A stretch of DNA of 30,967 nucleotides from Campylobacterota bacterium (GCA_034661055.1 JAYEKO010000078.1:1-30967); one strand, 5' to 3'; positions 21,665 to 30,532 are shown, counted from the first letter of the stretch. Notes: generated by a model not told the origin, from the letters alone. Translations and numbers: made by a program.

Positions 21665-22228
21665 ATGCTAGAAATCAGATGGCACAGTCGTGCTGGACAA
21701 GGTGCCGTGACCGGAGCAAAAGGTCTAGCTTCTGTTGTAGCTGAAACAGGTAAAGAGGTGCAGGCATTTGCATTTTACGGCTCTGCAAAACGTGGTGCGT
21801 CAATGACAGCGTATAATAGAGTTGATGATGTACAAATTCTAGATCATGGAAAGTTTATGGAGCCGGATTATGTATTTATTCTAGATCCTGCACTAGCTTT
21901 TACTGATGATTTTACAGCAAACGCTAAACCGACTACAAAGTACATTATTACAACACATATGAGTAAAGCAGATTTAATCGCTCAAATTCCTGAGATTCAG
22001 GGAATTGAAGATAGAGTTTTTATACTTGACTGTTTTGGTATTGCACTTGACACAATTGGTAGAGCAATTCCGAATACACCAATGCTTGGTGCTTTCATTA
22101 AAGTAAGTGGTATGTTTGAGCTTGCAGAATTTCAAGAGTCAATGAAATCAGTTCTTGGAAAACTTCCACAAAAAATTATTGATGCAAATATGATTGCTAT
22201 TGAGCGTTCATACAATGAAGTAAACTAA
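21665..22228 (+). CDS. porC: Pyruvate:ferredoxin/flavodoxin oxidoreductase gamma subunit (PorC, also called PorG)
   Basis: EIRWHSRAGQGAVT, YGSAKRG, PNTPMLGA. Confidence 0.93.
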   Translation: MLEIRWHSRAGQGAVTGAKGLASVVAETGKEVQAFAFYGSAKRGASMTAYNRVDDVQILDHGKFMEPDYVFILDPALAFTDDFTANAKPTTKYIITTHMSKADLIAQIPEIQGIEDRVFILDCFGIALDTIGRAIPNTPMLGAFIKVSGMFELAEFQESMKSVLGKLPQKIIDANMIAIERSYNEVN

Positions 22229-22238
22229 AGGGCCTATA

Positions 22239-22649
22239 ATGAGTAAAAGTATTAAAGATATGGGTTGGAACGAGCTGGTTCAAGGAGCAGCTCTGTTCTC
22301 GTTTGAAGGTGAAGTTGACTATAGTATGGCAGAAGTACAGCCAGAAGATAGAAAGTACGCTGAAACAAACTCACGAAATGCATATGTAGGTGACTGGAGA
22401 GTTGAGAAACCGGTATTTAACAAAGACTTCTGTATTGATTGTCAATTTTGTTGGATCTACTGTCCAGACACTTCTATTATCTCTAGAGACAAAAAGATGA
22501 TTGGTGTGGATATGGATCACTGTAAAGGTTGTGGTATCTGTGTTGAAGTATGTCCAACTAACCCTAAATCACTGTTAATGTTTAATGAGCAGGCAGATAA
22601 TGAAGAATCACTAAATCAGTGGCCTGAAAAAGATGAGAAGGACGCCTAA
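22239..22649 (+). CDS. porD: Pyruvate oxidoreductase delta subunit, 2x[4Fe-4S]
   Basis: GDWRVEKP, CIDCQFCWIYCP, CKGCGICVEVCP. Confidence 0.93.
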   Translation: MSKSIKDMGWNELVQGAALFSFEGEVDYSMAEVQPEDRKYAETNSRNAYVGDWRVEKPVFNKDFCIDCQFCWIYCPDTSIISRDKKMIGVDMDHCKGCGICVEVCPTNPKSLLMFNEQADNEESLNQWPEKDEKDA

Positions 22650-23875
22650 TGAATAACAAAGTAATGGACCTAAAAAAGGTTGAGGTATGGGATGGCAACA
22701 TGGCTGCATCTCAAGCTTTCAGACAAGCTGATGTTGATGTTGTAGCGGCTTACCCTATTACACCATCAACTCCAGTTGTTGAAAACTACGCTACGTTTGA
22801 AGCAAACGGTTATATTGATGGCGGTTTTGTAATGGTTGAGTCAGAGCATGCTGCAATGTCAGCGTGTGTTGGTGCAGCTGCTGCTGGTGGTCGTGTTGCA
22901 ACAGCGACATCATCACAAGGTTTTGCATTAATGGTAGAGGTTCTTTACCAAGCTGCTGGTATGCGTTTACCAATTGTTTTAGCACAGGTAAACCGTGCTT
23001 TGGCATCTCCGCTAAATGTAAATGGTGACCATTCAGATATGTATCTTGGACGTGACAGTGGTTGGATTAATGTCTCTACATTCTCACCTCAAGAGGTATA
23101 TGACCTTACGTTATGTGCATTTAAAATCGGTGAGCACTTAGATGTTCGTCTTCCGGTTAATATTAACCAAGATGGTTTCATGTCATCACATACAGCACAA
23201 AACATTCGTACTTTAGATGATAAAGCAGCATGTGACTTTGTAGGAAAATACAAAGCAGTTAATGCAATGCTTGACTTCTCTAAGCCCGTAACTCATGGTG
23301 TTCAGACAGAAGAAGATTGGCACTTTGAGCACAAAGCAAAACAGCACGATGCAATGATGCGTTCACGTAAAGTGATTGATGAAGTTTTTGCTGAGTTTAA
23401 AGAGTTGACAGGTCGTGAATATAAAGCGGTTGAGTCATATAAAATAGAAGATGCAGAGGTTGCTATTGTCGCTTTAGGCACAACTTACGAGACAGCTAAG
23501 CTTTCTGTTGATGAGATGAGAAAAGAGGGAATTAAAGCTGGTGTTATTGCGCCTCGTGTCTTTAGACCATTCCCGCTTGAAGATTTAGCTGCACAATTAC
23601 AAAATGTAAAAGCAATTTCATGTATGGATAGAAGCGCACCTGGTGGATCTGTAGGAGCACTTTACAATGAGATTTCCGGAGCACTTTACAACTCGTCGGC
23701 ACGTCCAGTACTGAGTAATATTATTTACGGTCTTGGTGGTCGTGATATGACAGTTAGCGTATTAAATGAGATTTATAGAGACTTAGCTAAAGAAGCTGCG
23801 TCAGGAAAACTTAACGGAGCAATTCAGAGATTTGTTGGCGTTAGAGGACCTGAACTAAATTACTATAACGTATAA
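22649..23875 (+). CDS. porA: Pyruvate oxidoreductase alpha subunit
   Basis: AAYPITPST, ESEHAAMS, TATSSQG, YGLGGRD. Confidence 0.95.
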   Translation: MNNKVMDLKKVEVWDGNMAASQAFRQADVDVVAAYPITPSTPVVENYATFEANGYIDGGFVMVESEHAAMSACVGAAAAGGRVATATSSQGFALMVEVLYQAAGMRLPIVLAQVNRALASPLNVNGDHSDMYLGRDSGWINVSTFSPQEVYDLTLCAFKIGEHLDVRLPVNINQDGFMSSHTAQNIRTLDDKAACDFVGKYKAVNAMLDFSKPVTHGVQTEEDWHFEHKAKQHDAMMRSRKVIDEVFAEFKELTGREYKAVESYKIEDAEVAIVALGTTYETAKLSVDEMRKEGIKAGVIAPRVFRPFPLEDLAAQLQNVKAISCMDRSAPGGSVGALYNEISGALYNSSARPVLSNIIYGLGGRDMTVSVLNEIYRDLAKEAASGKLNGAIQRFVGVRGPELNYYNV

Positions 23876-23886
23876 GGAGGCAGAAA

Positions 23887-24843
23887 ATGAGTGGAAATAA
23901 AGTAATTAAAAACTTAAAGTCGTTTTCGACAGCTGCAGAACGTTTTGAAGGGTCTCATGTTCTATGTCCAGGATGTGCGCACTCTATTATTGTTCGTGAA
24001 ATTTTAAATGCAACTAATGATGATTTAGTTGTCTCTGCATCGACAGGATGTCTTGAAGTATGTACGGCAATTTATCCACATACTTCATGGGACTGTTCAT
24101 GGATTCATATTGGTTTTGAAAACAGTTCAACTGCGGTTGCTGGTGCAGAAGCAATGAATAAAGCACTTCGCAAAAAGGGTACTATTCCTGCTGATAAACC
24201 AGAGCCAAAGTTTGTAGCTTTTGGTGGTGACGGTGCAACTTACGATATTGGTTTTCAGTGGTTATCAGGCTGTTTTGAGCGTGGTCATGACATGATGTAT
24301 GTATGTTTAGACAATGAGGTCTATGCAAATACTGGTGGACAACGTTCAAGTGCAACACCAATTGGAGCGAGTGCAACAACATCTCCTGCTGGTAGTACCT
24401 CTTATGGTGAAAAACAGAATAAAAAAGATCTACTCTCCATTATGGCAGCACACGGTTCACCTTATGTGGCTCAAGTGGCTCCAAATAAGTGGAAAGATAT
24501 GATTAAAAAAATCCATAGAGGATTTGATACTAAAGGTCCAGTTTACATCAATGCAATGAGTGCATGTACAACTGAGTGGAAATTTGCACCACATGAGACT
24601 ATTGAAGTTTCTGACCTTGCAACAGACTCATTAGTGTTCCCACTATATGAGATTATTGACGGAAAAGAGTTAAACATCACTTACCGTCCAAAAAATATTG
24701 TTGCGGTACGTGACTATCTTGGGGCACAGCCTCGTTTCAAACACCTCTTTAAGCCTGAGTATGAATACTTAATTAAAGAGTGGCAAGAACGAACTGATAC
24801 TGCTTGGGACTACCTACAACGTCGTGAAGAAGCAAGAGTTTAA
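23887..24843 (+). CDS. porB: Pyruvate oxidoreductase beta subunit (TPP-binding)
   Basis: LCPGC, TGCLEV, GGDGATYDIG, DNEVYANTGGQRS. Confidence 0.95.
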   Translation: MSGNKVIKNLKSFSTAAERFEGSHVLCPGCAHSIIVREILNATNDDLVVSASTGCLEVCTAIYPHTSWDCSWIHIGFENSSTAVAGAEAMNKALRKKGTIPADKPEPKFVAFGGDGATYDIGFQWLSGCFERGHDMMYVCLDNEVYANTGGQRSSATPIGASATTSPAGSTSYGEKQNKKDLLSIMAAHGSPYVAQVAPNKWKDMIKKIHRGFDTKGPVYINAMSACTTEWKFAPHETIEVSDLATDSLVFPLYEIIDGKELNITYRPKNIVAVRDYLGAQPRFKHLFKPEYEYLIKEWQERTDTAWDYLQRREEARV

Positions 24844-24857
24844 TAACTCTTCTTCTT
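24827..24857. terminator. Probable bidirectional terminator hairpin between convergent porB and the DUF4139-like gene
   Basis: AAGAAG(C)AAGAGTT-TAAT-AACTCTTCTTCTT, spanning the porB stop. Confidence 0.55.
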
Positions 24858-24862
24858 ACCCT

Positions 24863-26224
24863 CTACTTTTTACTTCTATAATTTACTTCAAAACTTTCGG
24901 AGCTTTCGGCATTAACTACTACTGTATAGGTAACTAAGTTTCCTTTTTTGTATCGGTATGCCATAGAGGAATCAATACTACTAGTTGAGTTGTTATTAAA
25001 TGGAACCTGTAGCTCTACTTTTTTATTTTCATTGCTACTATTTTTTACTACATACTTAACCGTAGCATCGTAGTAGCGACGATCATCATTACGTTTAACT
25101 ACAGTCTGTGTTACTTTTACATCAAAGTTCTCACCAAGTCTTAGATGAATTGGAGTATCTTTGGCAGTATGCTTAATTGATGTTTCACCCAATAAGATAG
25201 TCATCCCTTTAGATTTAGAGTAGGTGCGCACAATGCCCTTAGGTAGAGGAAAGTCCATACCATCAAAATGAATGTATTGATTTACACCACGCTTAACTTC
25301 TCCATGAAGATAATTAGGGTTTGAAAGATAGACATCATAGCGTCTATTTACATGTAAATTTTTCTCATCAATAAATTTTATCTGTGTCTTCTCATTGTTA
25401 GCCAGGTTGACTTTAAAGGGAATAGAGTAGAAATGGTAACCTTCATGTGCAACATGCGCGACATTATCTTGTTCTGCCATAGGTGCAGACATTACCATAG
25501 CTTTTCTATACTTAACTTCTGGTCGCTGTGCTCTGTTGATGTCACCAGCTAGTACATGTAAATTAGTATCTTTAAAGGCTTTTCCTGAACGGTTGTTAAT
25601 TGTAATCCATCCACTTAAATCTACATTGTCACCATCTAAATTTACAATATAATCACTTTTCCAGCCAACTTTTTTGATTACATAATCAAGTTTCATCGTG
25701 GTGTCTAAATCTTTAAGAGAGTTAATATTCCAGACAAGCGAGGGTTTGGTAATAAGTGCATTTGGTACTGTTTTAAAGATAACATTACTGCTTTGAACTG
25801 AAATAATATTGTCTTCTTTGGTTCGCACTATACAGAAGTTGCCATCATGTGAAAGTAGAGTTCCCTCTATTGTCTCAAAGATTTTGGCGTCTTTTAGCAC
25901 TTTAACATGGACGACCTTATCGATATGAGCTTCTAATAGTTTTGAGCGTGTTAGCTTGTCAAATCGAAACTGTTGAGAGTTGAGTTTAATTGTTGATGGA
26001 AGCTCAATATTAACCGAGTCTGTCTCAATAGTATTGGCTACTCCTTCATAAACAATATGGCTGTCATGCCTATTTACATGTAAATTGCGCTCCTCATGAA
26101 CCAGTGCAATAGAGCCGTTATAGACAATGAGTGAATTCGTTTTCAAATCACTACTGAGAGCTGCACCAAAAGTACTATTTACAACTAGTAAAGATGAGAT
26201 GATACTTAAAGAAAATATTTTCAT
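24863..26224 (-). CDS. DUF4139-like exported protein
   Basis: Signal peptide; LIVYN..ALVHEER; WKSDY; LSGWITINNRSG; LHVLAGDINR; PLPKG.VR.Y; AAGGAG RBS. Confidence 0.75.
   Translation of the reverse strand: MKIFSLSIISSLLVVNSTFGAALSSDLKTNSLIVYNGSIALVHEERNLHVNRHDSHIVYEGVANTIETDSVNIELPSTIKLNSQQFRFDKLTRSKLLEAHIDKVVHVKVLKDAKIFETIEGTLLSHDGNFCIVRTKEDNIISVQSSNVIFKTVPNALITKPSLVWNINSLKDLDTTMKLDYVIKKVGWKSDYIVNLDGDNVDLSGWITINNRSGKAFKDTNLHVLAGDINRAQRPEVKYRKAMVMSAPMAEQDNVAHVAHEGYHFYSIPFKVNLANNEKTQIKFIDEKNLHVNRRYDVYLSNPNYLHGEVKRGVNQYIHFDGMDFPLPKGIVRTYSKSKGMTILLGETSIKHTAKDTPIHLRLGENFDVKVTQTVVKRNDDRRYYDATVKYVVKNSSNENKKVELQVPFNNNSTSSIDSSMAYRYKKGNLVTYTVVVNAESSESFEVNYRSKK
25347..25358. repeat. TTTACATGTAAA palindrome, exact copy (14 bp, 25346-25359)
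   Basis: In the DUF4139-like gene, encodes NLHVNR. Confidence 0.9.
25551..25562. repeat. Palindrome variant AGTACATGTAAA (10/12)
   Basis: In the DUF4139-like gene, encodes NLHVL. Confidence 0.65.
26073..26084. repeat. TTTACATGTAAA palindrome, exact copy (14 bp, 26072-26085)
   Basis: In the DUF4139-like gene, encodes NLHVNR. Confidence 0.9.
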
Positions 26225-26244
26225 TAGAAACTCCTTTTAATATA

Positions 26245-26253
26245 TGCTACACT
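26245..26253 (+). promoter_or_regulatory. Putative extended -10 for luxS (TGCTACACT)
   Basis: TGn-TACACT 24 nt upstream of the ATG; GAGGG RBS. Confidence 0.45.
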
Positions 26254-26277
26254 ATCAAAAAAAATAGAGGGTAACTT

Positions 26278-26784
26278 ATGCCATTACTAGACAGTTTTAC
26301 AGTGGACCACACCATTATGCCAGCTCCAGCAGTTCGTCGTGCCAAAGGGATGACAACTAAAAGTGGTGATGCCATTACCGTTTTTGATCTACGTTTTTGC
26401 AAACCTAATCAAGAGATTATAAGCGAGAGAGCCATTCATACTTTAGAACATCTCTTTGCCGGCTTTATGCGAGAGCACCTTAACTCCGATAGTGTAGAGA
26501 TTATTGATCTCTCCCCTATGGGGTGTCGTACCGGTTTTTATATGAGTGTTCTTGGTGAACCTGATGAGGAGTTGGTTGTTAATAGCTGGGAAGCATCAAT
26601 GAAAGATGTTCTTAATGTTAAGAAGCAGTCAGATATTCCTGAACTAAATATTTACCAGTGCGGTACTTTTACAATGCACTCATTAGATGAGGCCAAAGAG
26701 GTAGCGCAAACAGTACTTAGACGTGATATTGACATTATGGATAATGATGCATTGAAACTAGATATGTCATTAGTAGGAGCATAG
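26278..26784 (+). CDS. luxS: S-ribosylhomocysteine lyase (AI-2 synthase)
   Basis: [29 protein letters not shown]. Confidence 0.98.
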   Translation: MPLLDSFTVDHTIMPAPAVRRAKGMTTKSGDAITVFDLRFCKPNQEIISERAIHTLEHLFAGFMREHLNSDSVEIIDLSPMGCRTGFYMSVLGEPDEELVVNSWEASMKDVLNVKKQSDIPELNIYQCGTFTMHSLDEAKEVAQTVLRRDIDIMDNDALKLDMSLVGA

Positions 26785-27087
26785 ATGTTTATTTTACTAC
26801 CAATGGACTCAGACAACACTCAGGAGGGAAAGTTAGTCTCACTTAATGATGTCAAAAAATGGGCACTTATTGAATTTGATGCTGGCGAGGTTATTGAAAT
26901 AAAGTACTTTGATACTCGCGAGGAGATAGAAGAGCTTATTGAGATTGTTGTTGTAGTAAGTGATAATGAGTATGTCTGGCCTTTTATAGAAAATCAGATT
27001 ATTGTACTAGTGGCTCATACTCAGCGTAGTATTGATGAGGTCATGGAGTCATTTATCTTTAAAGAACTGCATGAAATGGCGTATTAA
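26785..27087 (+). CDS. Acidic hypothetical protein (possibly NifB/NifX-like fold)
   Basis: 100 aa, abuts the luxS stop, AGGAG RBS; the fold assignment is a weak guess. Confidence 0.65.
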   Translation: MFILLPMDSDNTQEGKLVSLNDVKKWALIEFDAGEVIEIKYFDTREEIEELIEIVVVVSDNEYVWPFIENQIIVLVAHTQRSIDEVMESFIFKELHEMAY

Positions 27088-27567
27088 GTGAAACAGTTTT
27101 TAGAACTTTTTAACCCCTATCCAGGGAATCAGTTTCTACTGCTTACATCTCATAGTGATGAGATTACACCAGTTCTCGCACAGATGCTAGAGAATGTTAA
27201 TGGAACCTTGAGTCTACACTGTTTTCCTGGCAAACATGATGATGTGAAACTTGACAATATTAAACGTAGCGATATTGTAGATTTTAAATCACTTCCTAGA
27301 GCATTACCACGAAGTAACGACATGGTTATTCTTCAAGATGTGTATGCTCAGCATGAATTAAAAGAACGCATTATAAAACAGATGTATGCAACACTGGCAA
27401 ATACAGGTGATATTATCATTATGCAAAAACGCGGCACTATGGATTTTGAAAAAATGCTTGAGATGTTAGAAGCGTTTGAATTTCGTGCAGGAAATGCCAT
27501 TGATTGCCATCCTGATTACGACTTGGTAATGGGAAAAAAGATGCACATGTGGGGTAATGGGTTATAG
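27088..27567 (+). CDS. Hypothetical protein ending KKMHMWGNGL; integration target of the islet
   Basis: 159 aa, GTG start abutting the upstream stop; DMVILQDV..H...YATLANTGDIII weakly resembles the C-terminal half of a methyltransferase fold. Confidence 0.7.
   Translation: MKQFLELFNPYPGNQFLLLTSHSDEITPVLAQMLENVNGTLSLHCFPGKHDDVKLDNIKRSDIVDFKSLPRALPRSNDMVILQDVYAQHELKERIIKQMYATLANTGDIIIMQKRGTMDFEKMLEMLEAFEFRAGNAIDCHPDYDLVMGKKMHMWGNGL
27549..27560 (+). repeat. Left direct repeat (attL-like) GTGGGGTAATGG
   Basis: Identical to 30514-30525; encodes WGNG in both copies. Confidence 0.8.
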
Positions 27568-27734
27568 GACTTTTTTATACCCCTCAAATACTCACTTAAG
27601 CCCCTACATTATTGGGTTTTATTTAAAATATTATTTATTATATGAGTCATTCCATTTCAAGTACTTCTAGTCTAAAAAGTTTTACTTCAAGTTACTACTG
27701 TATACTTTAGAATATAAATGCTTAAAGAGAACCT

Positions 27735-29057
27735 ATGAATATAGAAGCTTTGATTAAAGAAAATATTTTATTGCAGCAACAGCTAGATGACTATAAAGGT
27801 TTGTTTGAAACTATAGATATTCCTATAATAATTATTGACGAGTCTGGCACATACCTTGACTATAATAGAGTATATTATAATCTTATGGGATATACAGATA
27901 AAAGTGAATTAATAAATTATCATCCGGCTAATGTATCTCCAAAATTTCAACCAGATGGGCTTGAATCATTTTCTAAAGCTAATGATATGATTCAAATGGC
28001 ATTGGAAAAAGGAAAACATAGTTTTGAATGGATGCATAAAAGACCTGATGGCAAAGAATTTCTTTCATATGTTACATTAGATGCAATAGACTATAATCAG
28101 AAAAAGTGTATACGTGCAGTTATAAATGATATATCAGAAAGAAAAAAACTAGAGCGCGTTGTTAAAGAGAAAACTAAAAAGATTGAAGAGCAAACTAAAA
28201 AGTTATTAAAAGCGCAACATATCTCCAAGATGGGTTTTTGGGAATTGAACCTAACAAATAATCAACTTTATTGGTCAGATGAAATATATAATATATTTGA
28301 AATTGATAAATCAGAATTTAAAGCATCTTATGATGGGTTTTTAAATGTTATTCATCCAGATGACAGAGGTTTAGTTAACGAAGCTTATTCTAATTCTTTA
28401 AAAACTAAAGAAAATTATTCTATTGAACATAGACTTTTAATGGATGATGGCAGAATTAAATGGGTTAGAGAAGAGTGTAATATTGAGTTTGATGTAGATA
28501 GAAATCCACTTATATCAGTCGGTGTTGTAATAGATATAACTGAACTTCATTTGACTCAACAAAAATTGATAGAACAGGCATATGCTGATGATTTGACAAA
28601 ACTTAATAATAGAAAATCTTACACTGAAAACATTCAAAAATTACTTTCTCAATACAAAAGATATCAAACACCATTTTCAATAATTATGTATGATATTGAC
28701 AATTTTAAACAAATCAATGATGTCTATGGTCATATTATTGGGGATAATGTATTAATTGAAATGTCACAACTAATTAAATCTCATCTTAGAGAGAGTGACT
28801 ATATATTTAGAATTGGTGGAGAAGAATTTATTATTTTACTTACTAAAACACAGATTAATAAAGCAAAATTAGTTTCTGAAAAAATCAGAAATAGTGTTGA
28901 AAATAATTTAAATACCATTAAAGATAAAAAAATTACAATTAGTATAGGTTTAACTGAAGTAGAAGAAAATGATACTGAAGATTCAATATTTCAAAGAGTT
29001 GATTCTCTTATGTATGAGTCAAAAAATAGTGGTAAAAATAGAGTAACTTCAGAGTAA
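27735..29057 (+). CDS. PAS-PAS-GGDEF diguanylate cyclase
   Basis: Two PAS/PAC regions (SPKFQPDG...FEWMHKRPDG; YWSDEIY..IHPDDR..DGRIKW); DDLTKLNNR, DIDNFKQINDVYGH; RESD I-site five residues before an intact GGEEF. Confidence 0.93.
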   Translation: MNIEALIKENILLQQQLDDYKGLFETIDIPIIIIDESGTYLDYNRVYYNLMGYTDKSELINYHPANVSPKFQPDGLESFSKANDMIQMALEKGKHSFEWMHKRPDGKEFLSYVTLDAIDYNQKKCIRAVINDISERKKLERVVKEKTKKIEEQTKKLLKAQHISKMGFWELNLTNNQLYWSDEIYNIFEIDKSEFKASYDGFLNVIHPDDRGLVNEAYSNSLKTKENYSIEHRLLMDDGRIKWVREECNIEFDVDRNPLISVGVVIDITELHLTQQKLIEQAYADDLTKLNNRKSYTENIQKLLSQYKRYQTPFSIIMYDIDNFKQINDVYGHIIGDNVLIEMSQLIKSHLRESDYIFRIGGEEFIILLTKTQINKAKLVSEKIRNSVENNLNTIKDKKITISIGLTEVEENDTEDSIFQRVDSLMYESKNSGKNRVTSE

Positions 29058-29088
29058 ATCTTGTTCCTTACAATAATGCTATTAAGTA

Positions 29089-30285
29089 TTATAACTTAAT
29101 AAAACCAAATAACCACAAGGGTATTTTTTTATTATTAGATGTAAAATCTATATCTATTGCTAAATAACTATTATTTAACTCTTTAATCTGTGAAAAAGAT
29201 TTATTTTTACCACCAACTTCAAAAATATACTCATCCACCTTAAAGTCTCCAATATCACTGTAGTAAATATTTTTAAAGCAATTTACAAAGTAAGTTTCTC
29301 TCAAAACTCCAATATCAAGTTCTAAATTAATTTTATTGGCATATGCATATAAAATATTAGTATTTGAAAAAAGTAGCTTTTGTGGTTTTTTAGATATTTT
29401 TTTTGAAAACTTCCTCATAGACTTAAAAATACCAGTATTATCCAATATATTTAGGTAGGTGTAGAGTGTTGGCTCACTTACACCAAACTCCCGCGCCAAA
29501 GATGCGACATTAACACTGAAATGTTTATTTGATGAGACCACAAAAAATATAAGCTTCTCAAAAATAGATATATGAGCATAATCTATTTTATTTAATGATG
29601 GTATATCTTCATGAATGATTTTATCTTGTGCATTATAAAGTTTTTGATTAAAACTATCTATACCTTCTAAATAAAATGGATATGCACCATATCGAAGATA
29701 ATTTTTAAATTCAGCATAGAGATTTTCATATTTGAATACTAGTTCTTTGGATATATTATCACTGTTAGTTAATATTTCATCTAAAGAGTAAGTGACAAGT
29801 TTTACATCATTTGTGATTTCAAAATACTCTTTAAAACTTAGTGTGGGCATGGTGTAAATAACTAATCTTCTGCTTAAATCATATTTCTCATATAATATAT
29901 TGAGCATTGATGATCCACTGATTCTAATTGTAAGATTTGGAAAACTATCGTAGATATTTTTAATCTCTTGTACCCAGTTTCTGTACTTATGCACTTCATC
30001 AACAACTACAACTCTGCCACCAAGCGAGTAAAATTCATCTACTAAATTATATAGCTTTAGGTTTATAAACTCTATATCATCTCCGCTCATATATAAACAC
30101 TTTTTTGTATGTGTTTTTATATATTGAAACAACAAAGTAGTTTTACCTACTCCTCTTGCTCCTATGAGACCTATTAATCTCTCGTCACTATTGATTATAT
30201 TAAAATACTCTTCCCTTATATAATCTGTATTTACTTTTGAGATATTTAGCTCTTGTTTTCGAGTAAAATAATCTATATTCATCAT
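29089..30285 (-). CDS. AAA+ ATPase (AAA_14/DUF4143-like) with HTH and C-terminal nuclease-like motif
   Basis: Walker A GARGVGKT, Walker B VVVDEVH, SGSS, LSRR, YLRYGAYP, HTH-like LAREFGVSEPTLYTYL, GDF...IFEVG. Confidence 0.85.
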   Translation of the reverse strand: MMNIDYFTRKQELNISKVNTDYIREEYFNIINSDERLIGLIGARGVGKTTLLFQYIKTHTKKCLYMSGDDIEFINLKLYNLVDEFYSLGGRVVVVDEVHKYRNWVQEIKNIYDSFPNLTIRISGSSMLNILYEKYDLSRRLVIYTMPTLSFKEYFEITNDVKLVTYSLDEILTNSDNISKELVFKYENLYAEFKNYLRYGAYPFYLEGIDSFNQKLYNAQDKIIHEDIPSLNKIDYAHISIFEKLIFFVVSSNKHFSVNVASLAREFGVSEPTLYTYLNILDNTGIFKSMRKFSKKISKKPQKLLFSNTNILYAYANKINLELDIGVLRETYFVNCFKNIYYSDIGDFKVDEYIFEVGGKNKSFSQIKELNNSYLAIDIDFTSNNKKIPLWLFGFIKL

Positions 30286-30307
30286 AAATCCTAAAATGTA
30301 TTTAGTG

Positions 30308-30316
30308 ATTATAGCA
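30308..30316 (-). promoter_or_regulatory. Extended -10 (TGCTATAAT) for the AAA ATPase gene
   Basis: Minus strand TGCTATAAT 22 nt upstream of the ATG; AGGA RBS. Confidence 0.6.
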
Positions 30317-30433
30317 TTATTTACATAAATATATATATGATACCTCTAAAAACCCTAAATAGCCTTGTTATAGTTTTGAAATATGATACTATTGTGATTG
30401 TAAAATATCTTATATCAACTTTGGAGGAAGCAG

Positions 30434-30532
30434 ATGTCAGTATCATTAAATTATGACCAAATGGCAATATCTGAAATGTTTATAATATTAGAAGAATTAT
30501 GGGATAAGCAACCGTGGGGTAATGGTCTGTGA
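30434..30532 (+). pseudogene. 32-aa chimeric ORF: probable truncated addiction-module antitoxin N-terminus fused to the duplicated WGNGL tail
   Basis: MSVSLNYDQMAISEMFIILEELWDKQPWGNGL*; GGAGG RBS at 30423-30427. The antitoxin resemblance (TIGR02574/PF09720-like E..LW) is from memory only. Confidence 0.45.
30514..30525 (+). repeat. Right direct repeat (attR-like) GTGGGGTAATGG
   Basis: Identical to 27549-27560; followed by TCTGTGA, which overlaps the next gene's GTG start. Confidence 0.8.

Larger units (their letters stand above)
27549..30525. mobile_element. AT-rich genomic islet / integrative-element remnant of about 2.95 kb, no integrase
   Basis: Flanking 12-bp direct repeats in a gene 3' end; visibly lower GC than the flanks; accessory-type cargo. 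Confidence 0.65.

Noticed and set aside
23654..23691. 14-bp direct repeat GGAGCACTTTACAA twice in porA
   Set aside because: Explained by the in-frame peptide GALYNEISGALYN; no sign of insertion or mobility.
27590..27625. Imperfect inverted repeat AAGCCCCTACATTATTGGGTTTT just inside the islet's left end
   Set aside because: Weak stem. It could be a terminator or an integrase arm-site remnant, but I found no convincing counterpart at the right end.
27568..30513. Absence of the palindrome from the islet as proof of foreign origin
   Set aside because: Only 1-2 copies are expected in 3 kb at the window's average density, and core operons show longer gaps; not significant alone.
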